From positions 992,001 to 1,056,000 of the forward strand of contig CM039001.1 in the NCBI GenBank assembly GCA_017499595.2: 64,000 nt of DNA. Reading direction: 5' to 3'. A program made the position numbers and the translations under genes. Positions within the stretch are counted from its first letter, which is position 1. Each line of letters opens with the position of its first letter. The notes under the pieces are model-generated. The model made no database searches. It saw only the letters and a list, made by a program, of their open reading frames with translations, and was not told where the DNA came from. Below, piece by piece: positions 25,326-36,643 of the stretch. The DNA is from Psilocybe cubensis (Eukaryota).

Positions 25326-26033
25326 ACAGGGAGAGCAGGAGAAGATACCCCGTGTGTGTCTGTGGTGATGGATAGGATGGAATTGCACAGACTCGGAAGA
25401 GGGTTGGAAAAGAGGTAATCAGGAAAAGAGGTGCTTGCAGAGGAGTGGGCGAAATAGGATGATGAATATAGAGGCAAAAGGTAAGACTGGAAGAGATGAA
25501 GGAGAAGAGGAAATTCTCCTGGTTGAATGGTGTTGTCGGAAGTACTCAATGCTTGATGACTATAGTCACCAGGCATCGATGACTTCGAGACAGGCGATCA
25601 AGGGACTGTGGGTGTTGTGTATAGAATGGGGACGAGGGAATAATGGAGGGGAGTAACGGATATAGTGGTTCATAATCATGAAATGGTTGTTAGTGGCGAA
25701 GCAAAAAGAAAGGGAGACATAAAGATAGAACCGGACAAAAGGGAAAAGCAAAATTAGGCGAGAAAATGGTGAAGATGTGATTATCTACAAAAAATGTTCA
25801 ACAAAAAAAATTCGGAATTCAAAGATAAGTTTGGGAAGTTTGGGTGAAGGTGTCCAGGATACACATGAGCGTGGGGCGCTCTCGAGTCTGGGTAGATACC
25901 AACAACCACTTAGACAACAAAGGAAAGTTAGAAATCAAAAGCGAAAGCGAAAAGGCGAAAAGGTGAAAAGGCTGGAAACAACGAGGAAACCGAAGAGAAG
26001 ATATGAAAAGGCAAAAAGGTGTGAAAAACAGCA

Positions 26034-26588
26034 TTAGAGACTCGGACCAGCATCCCCGCCAATGCCATCCTGCATATTGCTTATCATAACAAACTGGAGG
26101 GCATTCGCGAAATAATTTGGGTCAAAGAGGTATAACTGCAATTGATCTCCGGTAAGGGGGGGCCAGACTATCCCAGGAGAGCTCGCCGCAGATACTCCTG
26201 AGCTTTCTGGAGTCGAATCAAACCATGGATCGGTCAGATGAAGATGATCTCCGGTCTCTGTCACGAAATCAGGGCACATCGGTTTCTCCCAGCGTAAGGC
26301 AACCGGAGCTTCCAATGGAGTAGCGGATGAGCCACTTTGTTGACCTCTTTTGACAAAATCATCTACAGTCTGGTTATCGAACTTAATTCCCATTCTCGAC
26401 GACTCTGGATCAGTTGACTTGGATAAACCCCTAGAAGCGTACGAGATATTGACAGGGCAATATTTGTTGCCACCTCCATGTTTACCGTGCCCGGCGATAG
26501 GCTGCTTGCAGTTTTGGCATATGGGGGTTTTGCGCGGGGGTGCGTTCGAGTCTCTGGGGCGATTTTTCGCGCCTTTGGGTCTTGGCAT
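26034..26588 (-). CDS. Small intronless protein with AT-hook-like motif and CxxC-H-C zinc knuckle
   Basis: 184-aa ORF starting MPRPKGAKNRPR, then CQNCKQPIAGHGKHGGGNKYCP. Confidence 0.6.
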   Translation of the reverse strand: MPRPKGAKNRPRDSNAPPRKTPICQNCKQPIAGHGKHGGGNKYCPVNISYASRGLSKSTDPESSRMGIKFDNQTVDDFVKRGQQSGSSATPLEAPVALRWEKPMCPDFVTETGDHLHLTDPWFDSTPESSGVSAASSPGIVWPPLTGDQLQLYLFDPNYFANALQFVMISNMQDGIGGDAGPSL

Positions 26589-27654
26589 ACTTCTAAACTA
26601 GTTGATTCAAAGTCAAAGTCGTAGACTTGGCCAGAGACAAAAGCTCACCTTTAAGAATTCGACGAATGTTGTGGAATTGATCAGAGGGATCGTCCACGAA
26701 GGAAAATATTGAATCAGGCATCTTTTTATAATCTCTAAGAAGAGGAAGGTTGGCAACCACCTAACTACTCATCACTTTACTTCCAAGTAATTGGGGAGGA
26801 ATCGTTTCCGGCGCCTAAGGGTACAGCGACAACTTGAATCAAGGGGAACAAAGGGACAGACTGCTGCTACAGCAGTCTTGAGCCAACAACGGTCGCATAG
26901 TACTTTCTTGTTTTACGGTGCTAAGGAAGAATCGTTAGAAAACAAGGTTGTCAGTATAAGTTTGACAGGTACTTCACCGTTGTTCTTTTCTAATCACATC
27001 GGTCTTAGCCGAAGGCCCGAAATGGATCTGTGACGGGTAAGTAAGTAAGTACACGAGTTGAGTATAAAAACGTACTTTTAAAACAGAGGGTAACACACTC
27101 GTGCGACTGACGAGTAGTTCGAAGTCTGAACGAATTACCTGGCCGTTGTAACGAGTGACAATATTCCGTTCCCTCATTGATTGGTGACACGTTCGAAACC
27201 AACGTACGTGGGTCAACATTAATTGCAGACGAATAAAGAGAAAAGAGGTGTATAGTATGTTACGCGGGCTCGGTAATTCACTTTATTTGATATAATACTT
27301 ATGTTATTGACTAGCCTGGCATAGCGTTGAAGTAGTGTGAATCGAGTACCACTAAGCAGAAGAAACATACCTCACAGAACATGTGTTGCGTGGATGGAGG
27401 AAAGTTCTAGAACGGTTTATTAGTTAGTGCAACTTCGCCAACTTTCGAAGGTCATGAAGTGATCGTCCAGTCAAGAACTTGATGTCAATAGGTTGTGAAA
27501 TAGTGTAAGCAGAGTGAGATATAGAATTAAGTGAGCAATCCATCGTGCTTGGTTCTTCGCATGCCTTGAGCGATGACAGCTAAGGAACGTCAGTCACTTG
27601 GATGCAATATGTAAAGAGTCCAAGAGCCATTATAGTCCTGCCATTCATAAAACA

Positions 27655-28875
27655 TTAATGTGGTCTTCCAACCAAAATCATGCCTTCGTCCTCTTCAGTT
27701 TCCGTCCCAGCTTCGCTCATATTGGCCTTCCTTCTTTCGGATGAGGTTAACGATGAAGCGATCGATGAACTCGAATTGGATTTTTTCGTAACTAAGTCTT
27801 CAGTGTGTTCTGAGACGGCAATGATGGAAACCGCAGCGCTTTCAAGGGGACCTCCGTGAGATTTCGCTAGTTTTGGATCTTGTGTTGTGGGTTTCTGAGA
27901 TTCTAGGGTTTCTTTTTCTGCAGAAACCTTTGGTGAAATATCGCGGAGTGCCTCAAGCATAACCTCGCGCACATGGGTCGAGAATTTGCCTATATCGCTG
28001 GCATTCAATCCTTCTGTAGAAATTGGGGGGAGAACTACGGTGATGGATAATGAGTACCCTAGTGACCATGTATGGAAACCAAAGATTTTTTTACCTCGAA
28101 CTTTTATAGTGCCAGATTCGAAAAGGCCCTTGTGGTATATATGCCAATAATTTTCAGTGACAATTGGAGTGATTGGAATTCCAGCGTTGATTGCCAAATG
28201 GAAGCCACCTTTCTTCAACGGAAGCATGTCGGGAGTTTCTGACATATGCCGAGTCCCTTCAGGAAACATCCAAACAGAGGTTCTATTTCGTTTCATTTTC
28301 TCTCCTGCAGCATTGATGGAACGGACGGCGCTTGCACTGTTCCCCCTATTAATGAAGATCGTTCCAGACATTGTCATGAAAGGGCCTAAGGGAGTGAATT
28401 GAAGTGACTTTTTGGACATAATAGCTGTCTGTTTGGGCATCAATCTAAGTTGACAGACGACGATGAACCGAATTGTAAGATAACATATCCGGGAAGTGAA
28501 GGGTACCTCAAAAATCGGGGCTCACCTTCCAATGACCAAAACATCAAGCATACTCTGGTGATTAGCCATAAGAACTGTAGGAGACGTTTGAAGGTGCTCT
28601 TCGCCTTCGACCGAAATTTTCAGATCCAATGAACGTGAGATGAGAAAGTAGAATATTCGGGCAACGACAGCGTTGACATTTGTAGATTGACCAATAAGCG
28701 ACATTCCCGCAGCAATGAAGACACTACATGAGGCCACTGTCATAAGGGTACCAGCATATACGACGACCCGAGCGTAGTATCTCCCAACCATCGATGATAC
28801 GGCGACTTGACGGACCAGGAGTAATGGGAGCGAGATATATGCGAGGGGCTTGAAGAGGGAGATGAGAAAAGACAT
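27655..28875 (-). CDS. SLC1: 1-acyl-sn-glycerol-3-phosphate acyltransferase
   Basis: PlsC motifs NHQSMLD, FINR, FPEGTR, KKGGFHLA…IPITP; N-terminal TM; two introns. Confidence 0.92.
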
Positions 28876-29238
28876 GACGAGAGATAGATATCAAGTTTTT
28901 GGGCCTCTGAGCCTGTAGATATAGCCCAGCTGGTAGCTGGTGGCAGCAGAGGAACCTTTAAAGGTGAGAAGGAAGGCAGTAGCGGCGATGTACAAACCTG
29001 GATTTTTTGCGGCAACTGACCGGAGTTCGAAATACGCGCTCTGTCCTGAGTTTCCAGCACTTGCTCTATTTTCACAAGACTTGTCTTCCGCTGAGATGCC
29101 TGAGACTGCCCTGGAATCTTCGACTGCTTCCCGTGGTAGCTACACTCAGTGACGAAACTTATATCTGCCAATTTACTGAACAAACTTTCGATTGTCTCAG
29201 GACGAAATGCTGTATCCAAACCGCTGAGTGAATCAGCC

Positions 29239-30385
29239 ATGGGCAGCTCATCGAAGTCCAAACCAACGGCATCGCGGTCGGGCAGTGCTGCAAGCAAATT
29301 ATCTCGTGCACCGAGCGCGACTTCAATTTCATCAAAGGCATCCATTGGTGTCTCTACACCGACTGGCAAAGCGAACAGGGCACCCTCAGAAACTGGATTC
29401 AAAGTAACCAAATTGAGTTCGACTACGGTGACTTTGCAGAGTACCTGGTCCCCCAAGCCTGTATGTTAACAACGATAAGATCGACGCTTATCTTGACACG
29501 TGTATAGTTGTCAGACCCACCAGCCATATCACCTCCTGTCGGGGACCCTTCGACGACAAAGACTACCGACCCCTTACAGGTTGCATCTCAGGTGTACCCA
29601 TGGACGTATATGTCATCCACACTCGATGCCTGCTTCAATGCGGCAGAAGCAAGTGCTACCGTACGTACTCTTTTTGCTATTTCTCGTACAAAGATACAAC
29701 TCTCGCTTGCTTTTTAATTTTTCAGAATGCTATTGAAACTCGTGCAAAAGAGCTTGCAGCCGAGGAGTCAGAAATTTTTGAACAGTTGGATCGCATGGAT
29801 TCGGAACGATCAATTGAATTCTATGACGGGCTAGGAACTGACGTGGTGAATAAATCAGCGTACCGCCTTGATTATCTTCATTTAACCACGTCATATAGTT
29901 CGCAACAGAAGCCCCAGCAATTATGAAGCTGTTCCACTCCAACGGCGATGCTTGTAATCGTATCGAACTTGAAGCTTTAACGTTGGTGTCGCGAGACACA
30001 CCTGATCCTCCTGAAGATGAACCTCTTAAAGTATATCAGGATATGCTCCGTGATCTAGGTACGTTCAAGTACTTTGATCGGCACAATATATATCGATTCA
30101 CAATTACTTACAGAGCAATTGCACGCTGAAGCCACGTCGTTACAAAGCTCCATCATAAATTTGACGAAGCCCCTCGAAAATAACACTGACGAAGGAGACG
30201 ACGAATCAGCTAATGATGGCGATGTGTCTTCAGCACGTTCACAGGTTAATGGAGTCTTCTCTGCATGTCTTCCTGTCCTGAGGGCACGCCTTGCCAATCT
30301 CTCCATGGCTCAAGATCTCATTGATAGTGCTCTTGAGAATGTCAGTCTCGGATTGCGTATGGAGAGCATGGGGTTGACCGATTAG
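29239..30385 (+). CDS. Hypothetical protein, Ser/Lys-rich N-terminus plus helical C-terminus (possible HAUS8/QWRF-like)
   Basis: ATG 29239 MGSSSKSKPTASRS…; exons 29508.., 29726.., 29899.., 30114.. join through GT-AG introns; stop 30385. Divergent from SLC1. Confidence 0.65.
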
Positions 30386-31117
30386 TCACCCTCTTGCACA
30401 ACAAAAATTGGAAACATGACACTATCCCGGATACGCAATTGACTCGGAAAGCTCATAGTCATTTTTTCTTAGCGTTCAATACCCTGGTTTTCATATTCAT
30501 TGCATTACCATTGAAGATACCTCTTCATCGTTATACATCATTCATTGGTGAGAATACTTTACGCATTTTCTGGAAATTGTATATCATCAAACTCTATAAT
30601 GCCCCTGACCAGAGAGGGCACCACCGCATTCATATTTTCGGCCGTTCCTTCCACATCTCCGAAGAGCTCTTCTGGTCACAGTTGATGACCTGCAATAACT
30701 GCGATTCATTTACTATGGTCCAATCATATTAATTTCCTTCGATTCTGTCAAACTCAACACAACCTCAGGTCTACAAGCATGACATTTGCTTTATTCTTTT
30801 CTTATCTTCTATCTCCTTCGGCCTTGCTGTGAGACACGACTATACAGACAGCCTAGCAAATGTTCAGATGACTAGGCTGGAATACGTTACATCCGCAAGT
30901 TTCGAATCCATTCACACAAGTACGGGCCCTATGTATGCGTGCCGTTAATTATTGTTATCATGATGCTGGAAAGCGTAGCGACATTCTATCTCTGTTCAGC
31001 AAGAACTCGAAGTGACTCAGGCTCGGGGAGAAACGAGATCTTATCATTCAACAAAAATTTTCTCGAACCTCTTGCCGCGAGGTTCCAAAGGCGTATATAC
31101 TAAACTTGACTCTTTCT

Positions 31118-32114
31118 CAGTGGTGGCATAGTCGGCGACTTTAGTCGATAGTCGGGACCCGACTAAGTCGACTAAGTCCGACTAAGTCGTCGACTATCAC
31201 CAAAAATGGAAATTTTTCCAGACTAAGTATCACGTGTAAAATAAAACTTTGATCAATCTGGGTTTCAACTAGACAGAGGCACGGCAAATCTGCGTTGACA
31301 ATTTTAATAATTGTGTACACTCCAAAAACAATTCCTACAGTGTATGCCAGACGATTCAAATCTATTTTACTTACATTTTGCGTGTGATAAGTACTACAGC
31401 AGTTTGTGCGCCATCTTGAGACGTGTCGGAGTTTGATTGTGGATCAAGTAAGCGGCCCGACGGTGAATCACATCCACGGCGAGGTGATGTCCCACCCCAA
31501 ATTGACCCCAAACAACCTCCAACATTTTTACTTCTTCTTTATATCAGCCCAAACATCGATCTGAAATCCGGACTGTATTTAACTACGGAGGTGCAAACTC
31601 AATCAGGCCTGTCACAATCCAATCTTACTCATCTTACTCAACTAACCTCTTGCCTAATCAATGAGGAGACCCAGAAAATATTCCGGAAGACCTGGGAACA
31701 CCTAAAAGTAGGTTAACTATGAGCTAGTTTAATTTTTTACAGGATGCTATTTGGATCCCACATGCAAAGCAAAGTGAAGTTGGAAGCTTGCATGAAGAAT
31801 TAGAATTGTATGACCTATTTGATCTTGATGCACATGGTGAAATGAATATGTTGATTATGGTGTTGAGGATAACATTGATAGTATATTTACAATTTATGTG
31901 CACTCAAAGGTATTTATTCCTCTGCTACTGTACCAAAGACAAATGTATGCAGACTATGAATCTGTGACGAAGTGCACATTTGAACGTGGGAAAGTCCCGA
32001 CTATGACTTCATATCGACCTATATTTGGGAACTTAGTCTAGTCTAGTCGGAAATCCGACTAAGCCGCATAGTCATGCGACTATTCCGACTAAGTCGCCGA
32101 CTATGCCACCACTG
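31118..32114. mobile_element. Non-autonomous hAT-superfamily DNA transposon (997 bp)
   Basis: Perfect 24-bp TIR CAGTGGTGGCATAGTCGGCGACTT at both ends; 8-bp direct repeat CTCTTTCT at 31110-31117 and 32115-32122; many subterminal (C)GACTA/TAGTCG repeats; no intact transposase. Confidence 0.92.
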
Positions 32115-32359
32115 CTCTTTCTGGGGTCTTCTTGATTTTCATCATATAAAATGGATTTATACTAAGTATAACAATTACGCATCGCGAAAGTCGATAATCA
32201 AGTCAACTGTAGTTACTCATGGGCCCCCGAGTTCAAAAGCCAATGTAACTTTTCTCACCTGTGCAAGCATGAGATATCGGAGTCATTTCGATCACCGTGG
32301 CAGTGCCAGGCTATAGTAGGAAAACACTGCTCAACATGATAGCCGCCACCAAGCAGCCA

Positions 32360-34252
32360 CTAGTAACAAATTTTAAAAATCTCGTCTGATCCCTTAATAG
32401 CTTCACCCTGACGAATCAAATCCAGGATGAGATTTGATGCCCAAGCTGGTTCCACTGCAAGTCGCTTTGGCCTCAGTCGGCTCCATAAATTGCGAAGCCA
32501 CCAAATCTAAGGAAAACATATTGAATGAAAGTTTTTTCACACTTCAGATCATGCCACGCACCCAGGAAATTCTTTTTTTCCGTTGCGGAGTGAGAAGCAG
32601 AATTCCTTAGTTTTATTAACATTGAATCGGATGAGAATGCCATAAGTCATAACACACCATCTTTCTCAACAATTTCATGTGACTTGAAGATGTTTTCCAA
32701 TAGGGATCCCCAATCCGCAACGAAGGCTCCTTGTGAGCATTTAAAAGTCAACGGATCGTCGGATTTTTGGGAATGCTCTATCGCGTTCGACCATATGTAG
32801 TCATCAACAAGAGCAACTTTGGCATCAGGGTACTGATACAAGGAGCCCTTCAGTCAAAAAATATTCAAAAATTGCAAAAAGCAAACATACCTGAGAAAGC
32901 ATTATCTGAAGAATTAAGTCCGACGGGTGAAATGAAGACTAAAGGTATTTCAGACTGAGTTGAATCGGCGATGGATACTACGTACATTCTGGACTTTGAC
33001 GATGGGGTCCACAACGGGATCCTGAATTTCTTCGTCATCGCTATCGATATCCTGATTTTCTTCGTCATCGCTATCGGTATCCTGATTTTCTTCGTCATGG
33101 ATTTCGGTATCCTGTCCTTTACTATAGTTGTCACTGCCAGGTTGAATAGGTTTGCCGTCCTGTTTTGCAGGCAGAATTTGGTCCGAGATGGGAGCAGCTT
33201 GGGGCAACACTGAAACGGGAGTGAAATCGGGGTGCACTTCGTCCATTTGCAGGTTCCACTCTGAGTGTGAGAGTCCTATCCGTATTCCGCGAAGAAATAA
33301 ACATTGTTCTTCGGTATCATCGTCAGCAGTTTTCCAGTTGTATGAGGCGATACCTGTTTTGCGGTCGAGTTGCAGAAATTTGTGTTCATACTCAAAAGAT
33401 ATGCGTCTGTTGCCCACAAAACCTCGTCCAGGAAAGGTAGATGCTGAGTATGATATTGCTTTGTCAATGCCAGTAATAACATATACACCACCATTCGGAA
33501 TTGCACGAAAAACGTTTTCTTCGGTGAAGAATTGTATCCAGTTTTCAGCGTGTTTCTTCAAATATTCCTGTACACGGGACGTTGCCAAATCTTCTCTTCT
33601 GGCACCATCAGGGAGGACAAGGACGGCCACTTCTGGCTCCGAAGAAGTAAATTTGAGGTGACTGTTGCGAATTTCAGTTTCAATGAGTGGAATAAATTTG
33701 ATTTAAATTCGGACAATGACATACAGAGGGTTTTCACCAAGTCGATGAACGTCAACGCCCTTGGTCGCAATGACAGATCCAGGCGGATAGTACCCTGGTA
33801 TTCTGGAGATTTCCGACTCACAAGGAGGATCTAATGGGACATACCCTTCTGGAAGTTTCTTTTGGTTCAATTGGTTCAAGGGATCCTCAGAGGGGAGGAA
33901 AAGGTTGAATGCGAATTCGAAGTTGCCCTTCTGATTTATAAATCCAACATCTCCAACCTCAGTCGTTCGCCGATCGTACGGCTCTGGTAGGAGTGGAGTA
34001 GAGCCTGGCCAAAAGGGAAACCCATTCCCTACCATCGATAGAATACGACAATATATATCGGAAGGGATGTGTTCGCGAGGTTCAATCAAATTCGGAAAGC
34101 CGGCGACGTGCAGTATATTTTTAAAATTTGAGGATGCCATGTCATTTTCTGGAGTAAAAAATTTACAATGGGTTTACGCACAACTTGTGCGGAGACTCAC
34201 TACTAGACTGATTTGCACCACTACCAGCAAGGTCTTGTGGATTGCGCCCCAT
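32360..34252 (-). CDS. Tandem paralogue A: Agaricomycete GYPLW/GDVG-family protein, putatively gasdermin-like
   Basis: Exons: MGRNPQDLAGSGANQSS / KNDMASSNF…GNGFPFWP…EVGDVGFI…FAFNLFLP / LKFTSSEPEVAVLVLPDGARREDL…YLKKHAENW…PNGGVYVITGIDK…CLFLRGIRI / SFHPSDLILQIML / YPDAKVALVDDYIW… / …IFKICY*. Further 5' exons possible. Confidence 0.8.
33019..33114. repeat. 30-bp coding tandem repeat, about 3.2 copies (QDTDSDDEEN-type acidic unit)
   Basis: atcctgattttcttcgtcatcgctatcggt-like unit starting at 33019, 33049, 33079, partial at 33109. Confidence 0.95.
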
Positions 34253-34820
34253 AGTCGAACCTGAGTCAACCAACGGTCTATTGGTTATGCCTCGTGTCGC
34301 GTATTGACGACGAAGATGTCTGCGAGACAGCAGCTATTTAGGTAGTTCCTGTAAAAGTGAATCGTAAATATGAACCAATAACATGAGGATCGTGAGATGG
34401 TGTTGTTGAAGGAAGCCGCATGCCAATGCCAAGTCAGCTATATGTGACTATAATTAGCATACTTGGTTTGATCCAGACAGGAATAAAAACTAATAGCGAG
34501 CGAGCGTGACCGGGTTAGTGACAGCCGTGCTCACTGTGCTCTACACTGATCAGTGCCCCAGTCCGACCTGGCCTTGAGGATGTTCACCATTGTTTTGGCT
34601 TTATTAATTTTTGGTCTTTATATTGCAAATATATTCCTATGGAAGTACATGTCAATGACTGCGTTGGTGTAGGAAAAACGCGTCCATCCGAGTCTAAGTT
34701 CAAAAGCCAACGGAACTCGTCTTGTACAAGTAACACGAGGTATTGGTGCGAATTTGACCACTTTGGCCAGTCTATGGTAGGAAAACACTGTTCAATATAT
34801 TAGCTACCACCAAGCAGCCA

Positions 34821-36643
34821 TTAATAGCAAATTTCAAAAATCTCGTGTGATTCTTTAATAGCTTCACCCTGACGAATCAAATCTAGGATGAGATTTGGAG
34901 CCCAAGCTGGTTCCACTGGAAATTGCTTTGGCCTCAGTCGTTTTCGTAAATTGCGAAGCCACCAGATCTAAAAAAAGATAAAAGGAAGTCGTTACACACC
35001 CCAAAGCATGCCACGCACCCAGGAACTGCTTTTTCTCGGTTGTGGAATCAGACACAGAATCCCTTAGTTTAATTAACATTGAACCGGATGAGAAAATCAT
35101 AGGTAGTAACACACCATCTGTTTCAACAATTCTGTGGTACTTGAAAATGTTATCCAATAGGGCACCCCAATCCGAAATGAAGGCTCCTTGTGAACATTTA
35201 AAAGTCAACGGATCGTTGGGTTTTTGGGAATGCTCTATCGCGTTCGACCATATATAGTCATCAACAAGAGCAACTTTAGCGTCAGGGTACTGATACAAGG
35301 ATCCCTTCAGTCATGTCGTATTTAAATCTTTATGAGCGCACGTGCCACAGAAAGCATTATTTGAAGAATTATGTCTGATGGATGAAATAAACACTAAAAG
35401 TGTTTCAGACTTAGTTGAATCGGCAAAGGATTATACGTACATTCCGGACTTTGACAATAGGATCCACCACGGGATCCTGATTTCCTTCGTCATCGCCATC
35501 GATATCCAGTTCGTCAGTATGGCTGTCGCTGTCAGGTAGAATAGACCTTATACCATCTTGTTTTGGAGGCAAGACTTGGTCCGAGATGGGAGGAGTTGGG
35601 GGCAACGCTGAAACGGGGGTGCGATCGGGGTGCACTTCGTCAATTTGTAGGTTCCACTCTGGGTCAGAGAGTCCCATCCTTATTCCGCGAAGAAAAAAGC
35701 ATCGCTCGTCAATACTACACTTAGAAGGTTTCCAGTTGTAAGAGACGATGCCTGTTTTGCTGTCGAGTTGCCGAAATCCATTCGCATATTCGACAGATAT
35801 ATGTCTGGTGCCCAAGAAGCCTCGTCCAGGAAAAATAGACGCTGAGTATGATGCCGTTTTGTCGAAGCCAGTGATAACATATATACCACCGTTCGGAATT
35901 GCATGAGGAGAATTTGCGCCGCTGAAGAATCGTATCCAATTTTCAGCGTGTTTCTTCAAATATGCTTGTACACGGGACGTCGCCAAATCTTCTCTTCTGG
36001 CACCATCAGGGAGAACAAGCACGGCCGCTTCTGGTTCTGAAGACGTAAATTTGAGGTGACTGTGACGAATTCAGATTTAATATGTGGAATAGATCTTATT
36101 TATGACATACAGAGGAGTTTCACCCAGTCGATCAACATCCACGCCTTTAGTCACAATGACAGATCCAGGCGGATAGTACCCTGGTATTCTGGAGATTTCC
36201 GACTCACAAGGAGGATCTAATGGGATATACCCTTGTGGCAGTTCATCTTGCCACAGTTGGTTCAAGGGATCGTCAGCGGGGAGGAAGAGATTGAACACGA
36301 AATTGAAGTTGCCCTCCGGGTCGATATATCCAACATCTCCGATTTCAATCGTTCGCTGGGTATATGGTTCTGGTAGGATTGCATTGGAGCCTGGCCAAAA
36401 AGAAAATCCATTCCCTGCCATTGATAGAATACGGCAACATGTATCTGAAGGGATGTGTTCGCGAGGTTCAATCAAATTCGGAAAGCCAGAGACGTGCAGT
36501 ATGGTCTGGAAATTTGAGGATGCAGCGTCATCTTCTGGAACACAAAAATCACCTCACAATGGGTTCATGAACAAATTGTTCGAAAACTCACTAATAAACT
36601 GATTTGCACCACTACGAGCAAGGTCTTGTGGATTGCGCCCCAT
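34821..36643 (-). CDS. Tandem paralogue B of 32360-34252, putatively gasdermin-like
   Basis: Same exon structure and motifs (GNGFSFWP, EIGDVGYI, FVFNLFLP, LPDGARREDL, PNGGIYVITGFDK, CFFLRGIRM, YPDAKVALVDDYIW), with the stop at the equivalent codon (…IFEICY*). Confidence 0.8.

Noticed and set aside
25053-25576. Poly-Pro and poly-Ser ORFs (25202..25576, 25053..25388)
   Set aside because: Products of the GAG/GTG microsatellite read in different frames; no other coding signal.
28740-29456. 238-aa minus-strand ORF
   Set aside because: Antisense/out-of-frame shadow spanning the SLC1 start and the divergent + strand gene.
31118-31200. GACTAAGTC-type repeats as a CRISPR array
   Set aside because: Eukaryotic context, no regular repeat-spacer periodicity; they are subterminal repeats of the hAT element.
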